A stretch of 62,979 nt of DNA, the filler included, from Reticulomyxa filosa (Eukaryota > Protista > Foraminifera): the NCBI GenBank assembly GCA_000512085.1. It is 17 parts of 17 records of this genome, joined end to end, with 100 filler letters (N's around TTAATTAATTAA, not from the genome) between each part and the next. Parts side by side here need not be neighbours in the genome. Positions count along the whole stretch, not along the records: positions 32,646 to 39,450 come from ASPP01024886.1; positions 39,551 to 45,757 come from ASPP01008038.1; positions 45,858 to 47,279 come from ASPP01023217.1; positions 47,380 to 49,394 come from ASPP01003929.1; positions 49,495 to 55,759 come from ASPP01005249.1; 12 more parts are not named here. One strand, given 5' to 3'. Each line of letters opens with the position of its first letter. Position 1 is the stretch's first letter. The position numbers and the translations under genes were made by a program. Below, in pieces: positions 38,399 to 50,439 of this stretch. Below the pieces are notes generated by a model, which saw nothing but the letters and a program-made list of their open reading frames with translations, was not told where the DNA came from and did not search any database.

Positions 38399-39342
38399 AT
38401 GCAAACTTCAGATACATCTGAAGCAGATACGCTTCGTTTAAAAGAGGAAAAGCGAGAGCGCTTGAGATGGCAAGCAGTGAAGGAGCTGGTCGAAACAGAA
38501 CAAACCTACGTGTGCGACCTGCAAATCTTGACAGACGTGTACATCGAGCCACTAGCCAAATGCGACATAATTTCAAAAGAGCAGCACGAATTAATGTTTA
38601 AAGAGATCCCTGCCTTAATCAAATTAAATCGCAATTTTTGTTCGAGTTACTATTTCAACAAAAAAAAAAAAAAGGTTTAAAAGAAACTATTATAAACAAT
38701 GGTCTTCAGTCCAACAAAAGAACAAAAAAGAAATTTACGCATGTATACACACATATATAATCATATGTGATCAGCACTGGTATCTCGATTTAATGACTGG
38801 AGTCCCTCTTCATCAAAAATTGGCGATCATTTTTTGAAATTTGTGCCATTTTTTTAATATGTATCAAGGGTATGCAAAAATCCATTTTTTTTTTTTTTAA
38901 AAAACTTTTTTGAACTCTCCAGAAGTGCAAAAAAAAAAAAAAAGTGATCATTCCTTTTTGGTTTAATTTTTCCATCAGTTTTTGACAAGAGAAGGAGGAA
39001 GAAGGGGAGCAAACAAATATACGATTGAAGCCATACATTTGGAATACACTTGCAAAAAATAAATAAATATGTATATGTGCATATACATATATAAAATATA
39101 TGTAATATATATATGTACATGTATACATATATATATATAATATGTGTGCATATATGACCAAAAGGTATTTAAATATCCATGAAATGGCATCAGCATTGCG
39201 ACGGAGATTGTATGACACAAATTCGCAATTCAAAGAGTTTTGTGACAAAGCCCAATTTCACCATCAGTGCAACGGCTTGGATTTACCTTCGTATCTGTCC
39301 AAGCCCTTTCAAAGGATGTTAAAATACAAGCTTCTTTTACAG
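38399..39342 (+). CDS. RhoGEF (Dbl homology) protein, 3'-truncated, multi-exon
   Basis: AVKELVETEQTYVCDL..VYIEPL, KIGDHF and LDLPSYLSKPFQRMLKYKLLLQ. Confidence 0.9.
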
Positions 39343-39550
39343 GTCATTTTTACTATTTCTTTTTTTTTTTTTTTTTGTTATTTGTTTGTAGTATTTACCT
39401 TTTTTTTTTTTTTTTTCTTGTTCTACTTCCTTTTTTCCCCTTCCTAAATTNNNNNNNNNNNNNNNNNNNNNNNNNNNNNNNNNNNNNNNNNNNNTTAATT
39501 AATTAANNNNNNNNNNNNNNNNNNNNNNNNNNNNNNNNNNNNNNNNNNNN

Positions 39551-40587
39551 CGGGAATTCAAACCCTTTCGGTTCCAACGTTCGAAGCGGAACAAAAATAC
39601 CAGATAAAGCAGCAATCACAACGATCAATGTATCATAAAAAAGAAAGCAAGAGAGAGAAAAGACAGGAGGGACTGATGCCTCCGATTGTGATCGACACCA
39701 AATACTTGTGCGAAGTATTACCGCATCCTCTTGGGAAGTATACGTTGCACAATACTGATAACCGCTATGGAAAAACGGGATTGCAGCGATTGTATTTCAA
39801 ACTGCGCAGCAATTTGGCTTCGCCGGTTGTGACATGGCACAGAGATGGAAGATTGTATCACAGTCGAGGCAGACCCAATCACTACTCAGATTCACGTTCC
39901 TCGTGCTTTCATGAAGCCGGCTATGATGCGTATTGCACCGGAGTCGTTTTTGCCAAAATGTGCGGGCTGCTCGCTAGATATAATTATGTGAACCAATCGC
40001 GGCTTCGCTTTGATAGCCAAAAGCGCATTTTGGATGACTTGATCGAATTGGATGTCAGTCAAAGTCAAGACACACCGCAGCCGTCGAAAAAAAAGGATAA
40101 GGAAAGGGACGTCGAACAAGCCACTCTTATGTTACGACGGCTCCAATTTGTAGAAAAATCCACCACTTCTTCGTCGATAGTACCACCGTCAAATGAAGGT
40201 CACTACGGCCATTTGGCAGTGAAGGAACCTTTTATCAATTACTTCTTTTGGAGAATGTGGAAATACAAATGCGCCGAAAAATGGATAGCCATTAAAAAAA
40301 CACATCAAAGCTATCCCAAAACGGGCGTCACACGGGTTCGTTCATTTGATCCCAATATCTTGGAACAATTGCACCAACACCGTACAAATCTGATCGATCA
40401 GCATATCAATTTTTGCAAAAAATATGAATTTATTTTTCCTGTTGACCCTAATAAAACCTGTGAACAAAATGCACTAGACAAAGTGGCCAGTGCAATAAAT
40501 GTTATCAAAGCCCAGGACTCAGTGTTTGATAGTGTGGCACTAGGTTCAAGTTTGGATGATATTCGATCTTATCTCAATTTTTTTTAA
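39551..40587 (+). CDS. CAF1-family (PARN-like) DEDDh ribonuclease, C-terminal part
   Basis: IDTKYL and FHEAGYDAYCTGVVF match the PARN exoIII motif HEAGYDAYxTG. Confidence 0.75.
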
Positions 40588-41292
40588 TCTCCCATTGTAC
40601 TTGGCCATCTAAATCCGAATTTTCAAAAAGTCTAGCCCATTTTTTCAATAGGGTGCTTTTCCTTACAAGGAAACAACCAAAACCCATAACCGTATTTTTA
40701 TTTTCTACAAAAAACAACCTTTCTAAATTCGCATATTATTTATCGCATACAACAAGTATTTTTTTAAAATCTTACATCTAACTAAATAGTGATGGTCAGA
40801 TATCTTACACAAAATGTACATATTTTTTTGCAGATCGAAATGCCTTAAATACAATTGCAATTAAAAAAGCAGACAATTTTCTTGTAAAAAAGTAAACACA
40901 TCATTGAGCTTTAATTATTATGCTTCTCTTTCGTCTGTGTATTCCTTTTTGAATCACGCATCAAACAACTTATTTCCCAAAATTTGAACCAATGAACCTC
41001 ATTTTATAACCACAATCTTAATTGCATTTTTTTGGGACAAAGAGGCACGTTTGCCATCCACAGACCGACATGATACGAGCAAAAATCACAATTGTGTAAT
41101 CACAGAAAAACGTGTGAACCAGACAAAAAGTTTTTCAAGCTAACCCAAAGCAAATTCCAGCGTATATAATTTTGAACTCATTAACATCAAAAGAGATTGG
41201 AAAGGAAACACAGGGCGGAAAAAAAAAGGGAAAAAAGCCCCCAACACACAGGTAATCTCTTGATCTCCCCTAAAAAAACAAACAAAAAAACC

Positions 41293-44200
41293 TCATCGGA
41301 ATGGGTTATCTGAATCTGAGGCAGTGTTGCTCACAGTACTGAAACTGGAATTGTTCCACATATTTGGTTGGGGCTGAGCCTGTGAATAGGTTAAAAGCAA
41401 ATGAAAAGCGGTTACAATTTGAGTAGTTTTGAATGAAAAAGCTAAACAATTTTGAAAAGTACATAACACACGTAACTGAAACATTGTTCTGGAAGTTTGC
41501 GTACATATTAGCATTATTGGGTACTGTCATTGGTCCCACATAGGAATTTCCTCCATATATCGGAGGAGAAGTCATAAATATGTTCCCCTGTGTGTTAAAC
41601 ATGCTCGGAGGGGCCGGCATTGGATTTCCCATCATATTGGAAGAATAATAGGGATGATTTCCAAAGAATGGCTGAACAATCAAAGCAATCTTTTTGTTTT
41701 GATTTGCTTTTTTTTTTTTTCAAACAAAAATAGAAGAAATTGGTAGATTTGAAGGAGGAAAAAAAAACCTGAGTGGTTCCATAAGGAGAAGTCAATGGCA
41801 TAGTAGAAGTCAATGGCATAGTAGAAGTCAAGGGTATAGTTGAAGTCAGGGGTGTAGAAGCTGTTCCAAAAGAACTGTTGATACCACTGGTGCGTTTGGT
41901 CAATGATGGCACAGTGGTACTAGAAGTGCCAGTAATGGAGTTGGTGGTAGTGGTGTTTTCTTTCAAGCTTAAATCAAGACCGTCTACCAATGATGCAAAT
42001 GGATCACTCAAGTCTTTCGTTTCCGTCGAAGCTGTTGTGGTCTTTGAGGTTTGTTCCTTTCTTTTCTATATGAATTCAACACACAATTGGCAAGAGTAAT
42101 ATACAATATTTGCTAAGGGGGAAAAAAAAAACACACACACACACACAGACAAGTAGTATACCTTGTCCTCCTCTTCATGCTTTTGCTGCTGATTCACTTG
42201 GGTTAAGACGCCAAGGAACAGATTGTTTTGGGGCGCCACGGGAGTGGGTTGAACGGGCGTGGTAGTGGTCAGAATTGTATTCGAAGGCCATGCGTTTATT
42301 AATCCCCCTTGATTTGGCATGACATAGCCATTGGGTATTGTCATCCCCATTGATGATACTCCTCCTATGTCCGTGTTCAGGTTCATGTTCACTGGGTTTG
42401 AATATGTGTTGTTGAATGCAGGGTTTGACGCTTGGTACAAGTTTGTCAAATTTTGACTGATTCGTTTTGCCGGTGTTGTGCCGGTTGTAGTCGTTGTGAT
42501 TGTGCTGCTAGTCGTCGTTGTGGAATTGTTATCCCACAAATCCTTCTTTTTTTTTTTTTTTTTTTTTTTATGTATGTGTTGTGGTGTCATTTTTTTTCGC
42601 ATGCACATTATATACATATTCAATGTACTGTTCATCTTATTTTGTGTTGTGTTTGTTCGTCCCCCCCAACCTCCCCAATCGTCTTGTTGTTTGGTAACAG
42701 GTTTTGTCGTTGACGTCGTTGTTGTCGTTTCCTCACTCCACATATCCCAGTTCTGAGAAGCAAAAGTGTAACAAAAAGTAAGTGACCCGCGGTTATAATA
42801 CCCCCTTTTTTTTTAAAAAAAAAAAACAAAAAAAATTTGAAAAGTACCGAATTTCCATTAGTGCTATTGAACAAGTCATCCTCGTCAGTTTTGGTATTGG
42901 AAGTAGCGACGAAATTACCTTTGGGATTAGTGACCGTTTTAGTTTGGGTGGAAGTCGAGTCAAACAAAAAATCATCACTCGGTTGTGGCAAAGTCGTCTT
43001 GGAACTTGTGCTGTTCGTGTTGGTCGCGTTGCTTGTCGGTGCAACCGTTCGTTGCGGCGTTTTGGCAGGGGTCGCTACTGGTGTTGCTGCTCCTTCCTCC
43101 CTTTCGCTGTCGCTCTCATCTCCGTCCTTTTTATTCTCCGATTTTTTCTCTTTTTTTTCTTTCGTTTTCACTTTTTCTTTATACCATTTCTTTTCCACAT
43201 ACTTGAATGCTGTTGTCAACACAACATATTTTTTTGTTTGGAGGGAGGGGAGAGAAATAAACAATACTTTTTTTTTCCCCTTCATTTCTTTTAAAATCCT
43301 TTGAACGGAAGATCGCAAAGAAAATGTTTATGTAGGACCCTTTCTTCCTCTCCCCCCCTTCCCTTTTTTTTTTTTGAAAACGCATACGCAAGTACTTCTT
43401 GTACTTATGCTGAAACATCAAAAGTAACAGAGACATGAAAGCATCAGCATCCCTTCTTTCTTTTGTTTTACCCAAATCTTTTTTTTAAAAAAAAAACAAC
43501 TTATAAATGATATATATCTCTATATTTTCTTCCCTCTTTCCTTCCTTCCAATGAAAATGTAGCGTGTCCTCAACTGAGGTACTGTTCCATGCGATCTCTC
43601 TCTCCCTCTCGAGGCAGGATGAATGTATCTTTTCCCTTTTTGTATCGAGCCAAGTAATGTGCGTTCGCCACCTTTTGTGTAAAGAATCAAACGCATTTCG
43701 ACATGTCATCACACAAATCGTGGCAATATTAAAAAGCATTTTTTTATTACAAATGTATGTATCCATATGATTTTTTTTTTTATTTCTTCCTACTTTTCTT
43801 CTTTCTCTAGGATTAGGATTAATAAAATTTTTTTAAAAGAAATTTTTTTTTTTTTTTTTTGGGAAAACAAATTCAAAATAATAACTTCGTTCCCTCCACT
43901 TTTCAATTTCTCAACCTCTTCTTCTGTGAAGTTTGCCATGGCAATGGACTTGACACGGTGCCCAAACTTACGACTTTTTTTTTTTTTTGGTGAAGTTGCA
44001 AAAAGCACAAATTTAGGACTTGCGAGAAATCATTAGTATACGTAACGAAAAAAAAACACTTACAACAAATAAAGTTGAGATATACAAATATAAATTATAA
44101 TACACAACATTATGTATCATAGTATATACATAATATTATATATATGTACATATATATGGTGGTGTGTGTGTGTCCCCTTCCATTGAGGTTTCAATGCTTT

Positions 44201-44574
44201 AACTGAACACCAGAACAGTCAGTGCATACAAATGTCGCAAAGTTGGTGCAAACATAGGATGGTGCCTGTTTGTGAAATATATTGTATATACATGCAAATA
44301 TACTCGATCCACAAACAATTTTTGCGCTTTGAAAATCAAAGCTTTGTTGTTGTTTTCATTTTGTTTAATTCATTGTGTACTTTTTTTTTTTTAAAAAAAA
44401 AAGGGGGATGTAAAAAAAATGTTCATTAAGGGTTGATCGATAAAAAAGACCGGCGTACTCAACTCGATTTGGACAATCTGCACACACCAAATTTTCTTTG
44501 TTTGATTTTCTGATCTCCTTTACTTCTTCCATCAATTGTTCTTCTTTTTTCTTTGCCGATTTTACTGGAGGCAT
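41293..44574 (-). CDS. ArfGAP of AGFG type with a long Thr/Ser-rich tail, multi-exon
   Basis: NLVCADCPNR|APSYVCTNFATFVCTDCSGV|..RKFGHRVKSIAMANFTEEEVEKLKSGGNE. The tail has DPF and a terminal NPF. Confidence 0.88.
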
Positions 44575-45085
44575 TTTTTTATCCGATTCAACGTAAATGT
44601 TTTACAAAATTAACGTTCTTATTTTCAAACACAATTATGCAATGAATTCCTTTGTTTTCTTCCAAAATATCAAAATTTGTGGACTTCTTCTTCCCGAAAT
44701 TAAATGACCGCAGTCAAAGTTGACCTACGCAAGGGAAAAAAAAAGATGAAAGTCAAACGGTTAGTCCCTTTTTTTACTCTCGTCCTTTTAGACAAATCCA
44801 GTGTCTGTTAAGTACAGGACTTAATTGTTACGTATCCCCTTATTGAATACAAACAGAAATCTTCACAGTATTTATGTTTCCAACTACGTATCTATTTTTT
44901 CGCTATTAATGCGTCGTTAGTATCATATTAATTTTTTTTTTTGCTAAAAGTTTCTACAGAGTATCAGAAGCTTTTTTAGACAAGCAAGATTCAATTTTCA
45001 CTTCCTGCTGTGCAAGACCAATCAAATTTTTACTGTTGTTTTGTGCAGTAGTTTTTTTGAAAAAATAGAAGAACCGAAGATAATA

Positions 45086-45690
45086 ATGGGCGGTCTATGC
45101 AGTAAAGATAATGGCCACATAACGGATGAGTCAGATCCATCAACTCAAAATGAAGAAATAAAACGCTCAAAAGATCAAAGGAAAGCCAATCAAGAAATTG
45201 ACAAAGCCCTCGGAGAGTACGAGCGACAACAGCAAAAAATAACATGTCGTCTGATGTTGGTCGGAATAGGAGAAAGTGGTAAGACGACGCTGTTGCGACA
45301 AATGAAGCAACAGTATGGACAGCCGTACACCATTTCTGAGCTAAGAGATGCTGCTCCACACATCCTTAAAGTTTGTATGTACGTTTTTGTTTCTTTTTTT
45401 TGCCCCTCTCTCCTCCTCCTCCCCACTAGATTAAAGTTACACACAAAAACAATTGCAACATTAACAAACAATGACCTCAGCATTAACATTAACAATAACA
45501 CTCAAACACGGAACAGAACTTGGTTGAGGCAATGCGAACATTAGCGCTGTACAGTGAATTGCTGGCAGAGCAAGGGGAACCAACGAGTGTGAGCAAAGAT
45601 AATGAGAGCATCCGTAACCGTGTCGCCACGTTAGAAAACGAAGAGTTCACACCGGAATTATGTGAACAATTTCAAAAATTGTGGGAAGAT
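45086..45690 (+). CDS. Heterotrimeric G-protein alpha subunit, 5' part
   Basis: MGGLCS (Gly2/Cys5 acylation pattern), ANQEIDKAL and RLMLVGIGESGKTTLLRQMK. A second exon ends FQKLWED. Confidence 0.9.
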
Positions 45691-45857
45691 GTTATCTAAA
45701 AACTGTGTTTCTCTTTTTTTTTTTTTTTTAAATTTTTTTTTTTTTTTTTTTTTTTTTNNNNNNNNNNNNNNNNNNNNNNNNNNNNNNNNNNNNNNNNNNN
45801 NTTAATTAATTAANNNNNNNNNNNNNNNNNNNNNNNNNNNNNNNNNNNNNNNNNNNN

Positions 45858-45920
45858 AAAAAGAAAGATTTTATTCCAAGCGGCGCCCTTGGCGCCGCTT
45901 GGTATAAAATTTTTCTTTTT
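45858..45920. repeat. 30-bp-arm hairpin with a GC-rich core at a contig start
   Basis: Arm AAAAAGAAAGATTTTATTCCAAGCGGCGCC, loop CTT, arm GGCGCCGCTTGGTATAAAATTTTTCTTTTT. 28 of 30 positions form Watson-Crick pairs. Confidence 0.92.
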
Positions 45921-46268
45921 CGCTTTTTTATTTTTTTTTTCAATTTTTTATTTTTTTTAATTTTAAGTTTTTGCTTTTTGAATATTGTTGTGGCTGGTAC
46001 TAATTGTGTTTTTTGTTTATTTTGTTTTATGTATATAATTATTTATTTATTCAGAAACGCTCGAAGTAAACGTTTTATGTTACTCATGCTTATTATTAAT
46101 TAACAAACCCTTTTAAAAAAAATAAAACTTAAAGAACATTCTTGGTTTTCGTGTTTAGTAATATGGAAACAGATATTATTTGGACAAAACTTTTTTAATA
46201 GCGACAGCCCATGCAATTCTGCTTTTTAAAAAGAGAAAAAAGTGAAAAATTTGAATTACAATGAAGAG

Positions 46269-46541
46269 AATCGATTTTCTCCATGAAAAATAAAGATTTA
46301 AATTTAATTTTTTTAAATATGAAATTGGTTTTATGATAAGTTTTTCCTAGGTTGATCAAAAATATGACTTTTTCAAATGATTTTTAAAAATTTCGAATGA
46401 GTTTACATAAATTGAATCTGTATTGAAAATAAGAAGTTTTTAAATCTTTTTGTTTTTATTTTAGGAATCTTCAGGTCACTTAGATACTTTTTAAAAATAA
46501 AATTAGATTTAAATCTTTATTTTTCATGGAGAAAATCAATT
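46269..46541. mobile_element. MITE candidate of about 273 bp with terminal inverted repeats
   Basis: 46273-46303 (GATTTTCTCCATGAAAAATAAAGATTTAAAT) is the exact reverse complement of 46507-46537 and extends to about 43 bp with 2 mismatches. Non-coding AT-rich interior; no clear target-site duplication. Confidence 0.6.
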
Positions 46542-47379
46542 ATCATCATAAGATATCGTTTTAGGCGTTCAGTTTTCTTTGCAACCTACTGTAATTCAAG
46601 TGCTTCATCATGTGAAAGCATGCATTGAGTATATGTTAAAAATAATTTTTTAGTTTGTATGAATCTTTTTTTTTTGTTTAATTGTAGATTTTTTTCTTCA
46701 TTTTACTTATCATTAAATGGTTCTTAATATGTTAGTTTGCAACTGTTAAACTTTGTTCATTACCACTTGCTATGAACATATAATTATTACTTTCTTCATT
46801 TGTAATTTTTTCTGAAAGTCTTAGTTGCTGGAACTATTACGTTTCAATTGGTTCGTTGTAATGACTAATTTGTTTAATAAGTTGTCATGCTTTCAGTATT
46901 TTGTCATCTTCTTTGTCTAAATAACAGCAGCAGTTTTTTTTTCATAGTTTAAATGAGAAAAAAATTTTTTCTGGACTACAAAAAAAAAATTATAAACAAA
47001 GCTAATTAATCTTGCACTAAACAGTGTCAGAAAAAACTCATTTGATACACAAAAAACAATATGCTGAAACAAAAATAAATCATACTTGACTCAATTTTGT
47101 TTGTTCATAAGTCAGTTACACTAAATATATTAAAGTCATTAAACATTTTTTGATAATATTCTATCAGATTACTTTGCAAAACTAAAAAGGATTTGACTTT
47201 TTTTTATAATTTATCATTGCTTAAGCAATGTTGATGATAACAAACAAAACAAATTAATGTATTATTCATTGTTTATTTTNNNNNNNNNNNNNNNNNNNNN
47301 NNNNNNNNNNNNNNNNNNNNNNNTTAATTAATTAANNNNNNNNNNNNNNNNNNNNNNNNNNNNNNNNNNNNNNNNNNNN

Positions 47380-48545
47380 AAGAAGAAGAAGAAGAAGAAG
47401 AAGAACAAAAAGAAAGAAATAGTATTGACATTTCTTCATCTCCTGTTTCATCACCAACAATGAATACCAATTTTGATATATTCCACTCATCAAGTAAATT
47501 ACTTAAGACTTTCAATGGACATACAGGTCAAGTCTTGAGCATTGCTTATTCGACTTTTAACGATGGTCAATTTCTTTGTTCTGGATCATTTGATAAAACA
47601 GTGCGTTTATGGAATATAGAGACCATCGAACAAATCCAATCATTCAATGGACATTTAAATACTGTGTATTGTGTGAAATTTTCACCGTATCATTATCATA
47701 ATCATCATCGCAATGTCATTTGTTCTTCATCACTTGACAGTACTATTCGTTTTTGGGATATCAAAGATAATCAACAATCAAAAATATTCAACACATATTC
47801 CAATAGTGTTTATTGTATTGAATTTTCGTCATTTAATGGTGGTCGATATTTGTGTTCTGGATCTGATGACAAAACAATTCGTTTATGGGATATTGAAACA
47901 TCCAAATCATTACATGTTTTCAATGGACATAAATATACTGTCAGATGTGTAGATATTTCACCATTGCAAAGCTGCGACAACAACAGTAATAAGAGCAATG
48001 GTATTGGTGTGATTGGTGGAAATGGATATACCATTTGTTCTGGATCATATGATAATACCATTCGAATATGGGATATTGAAACAACTAAACAATTGATTGT
48101 ATTCAAAGAGCATGAAAATTATGTGAACAGTATAAAATATGGATCAGGGACTGGTTGTGCAAATACAATATTATCTGGGTCGAAAGATAAAAGTGTTCGT
48201 TTGTGGGATATTCGATCTGGTCAACAAATTCAAGTATTCCGTGGACATCAAAATGCAGTTATGACTGTTGAACATTTACCATTTGCAGTAAACAATAGCG
48301 AAGTTGGTAATAGCTTAGATATCGTATGTTCTGGCTCATTGGATAATACAATTCGCTTTTGGGATATTCGATCAAATAAGAAAGAATTAAATGTGATTCA
48401 TGGAAATTGTAAAGAATATGGTGGAATACATTGTCTTACATTTTTACCATTGAAAGAAAAGAAGAATAAAAACACAAGGAATGATACTTTTGATTTCAAT
48501 TTGTGTTATGGTTCTTGTGATGGCCTCATTTGTGTTTGGGGATAA
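47380..48545 (+). CDS. Lineage-expanded WD40-repeat protein (paralogue of 7756-9144), 5'-partial
   Basis: 361-aa ORF with about 6 WD repeats, IGVIGGNGYTICSGS and the C-terminus NLCYGSCDGLICVWG*. Confidence 0.92.
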
Positions 48546-49064
48546 TTCAAGTCAGTAAGGGCTTTTTTTTTTGGGTTTTTTTAATTTGAAGGAGTTCAAT
48601 TAAAATCAAATTTCGATTTGATGTTTGTCAATTGCTATTGTTCTATCTTGTTCAAATGATAAAACAAATAATTCATAGATGTGAAATCTGGAAAAGAAAA
48701 GCAGCATTTATGTGACAAACAATTAGGTTTGATTTCGTTTTTTTATTATATCTTGCGAACTTGCAATTGTTTTGAAAATGAAAATGTTTATCCAATTTCA
48801 TTTCTGAAAAAACACGATTGCATTACAAAACAACTAACAAACTAAAAAAAAAACATTGTCTATTTTTAAATTTTATTTCAGATTATTCAAAAAAACAAAC
48901 ATTGTTTGTTATTTTTTTGGAACAAATTCTAAAATAACAACATCCCAACAACAAAGAAAAGGGAAAACAAGACCAAGTTTTGAACTTTATTACAATCAAT
49001 AATTAAAAAAGGAGGAACATGGTAATGTTTTTGTTCTTCTTTTTCAAAGTATTGCAAAACCAAA

Positions 49065-49394
49065 GTGATGAATGTGACATCCAAGGTACATTTTTCGGTG
49101 AAACAACTCCGAGTTTTGATGAACCGGCCAAGAAACATTCGCAATATTTGCATCCTCTCACACACTGGACACGGGAAATCAACAATAGTGGATTTATTGA
49201 CAAGTAGCGCAGGTATTGTTATCGAGAACAAATCCGACGACATGAAATATACAGATACACGTGCAAGCGTGGATTATGGACACACTTCTATCAAATCGGC
49301 ATATATATCCCTGTATCACGAGCAAGAGGAAAAAGAACAACAACAGCGTATTTCTTATCTTATCAATCTGATTGATGCTCCCAGTATGCCAACA
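49065..49394 (+). CDS. Divergent eEF2/EFL1-like G-domain fragment with altered GTPase motifs
   Basis: VHFSVKQLRVLMNRPRNIRNICILSHTGHGKST, AGI, YTDTR, SIKSAYISLY and YLINLIDAPS are colinear with the eEF2 N-terminus. Confidence 0.75.
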
Positions 49395-50439
49395 NNNNNN
49401 NNNNNNNNNNNNNNNNNNNNNNNNNNNNNNNNNNNNNNTTAATTAATTAANNNNNNNNNNNNNNNNNNNNNNNNNNNNNNNNNNNNNNNNNNNNTGTGAT
49501 GCAAGTGCCAAATACTTGCGATAAATATGACGTTATTCGAATTTCACTTCAATCTTGTTTGCTGGCATTGCACACCACAGTCACTTTCCAATTGCTCGCA
49601 GACAGGTATTGCAATCTTTGGAGATCTATGTATATTGACAATATATGTTTTCTTATGATGTGATTGGAAAATAGTTGAAACATTATAACTTGGAATATAG
49701 ATTGCGCATATAACATGGTAATAAGCAGATAACCACTTTCAAATTGTTCGATTTTCTTTCGATACACCATGCACCACATTACATGATATGAACCTTCAAT
49801 TTTTTTTTTCAAATTATACGCATTCAAAGCGCAATACCATAATCCATATCCAATGCACGCCGTCACTAAAATTGATATTTGTTCAATGATGGACAAATAC
49901 GTTTGATTGGAAAAATGACAGGCACACTTGTTGTAATGTGGCTACATGACTCGTTATATTGGATTTCCATCAACAACAAGATTTGCCACTTTGATTACCT
50001 TCATGTCTGCAACAATCGATATATGCTGCTACTGTTACCGTTGCTGCCACTGTTGCCATTATTGCTGGGAAATCACTGCATCACCAATGACAATGTAAAG
50101 CAGCGACAACTATCCATTTTCATTTGTACACTTTTAAATATATATTCAAAATTTTAAGCAACACATATACATATTTAATCAATATACGTATAAAGATGTT
50201 ATGTCGAATATGTATATACAAAAAATACTTTTTCAAGCAATGAGCCCAATCACGATTATAACGTCAGGTGATATGAAAGAGGGACAGGCGCAATAACAGC
50301 AAATCATTGTGGCATGATAAATTGAGTTCTTGCTGCTCGAGATAGCAGTGGCCACCCACCATGCCGACGCTTTTGTAAGCTCCAGTAGAGTTTCGTAACT
50401 TAAAAACTCGTCTTCACATTATGGACATCCCGTTTCAAA

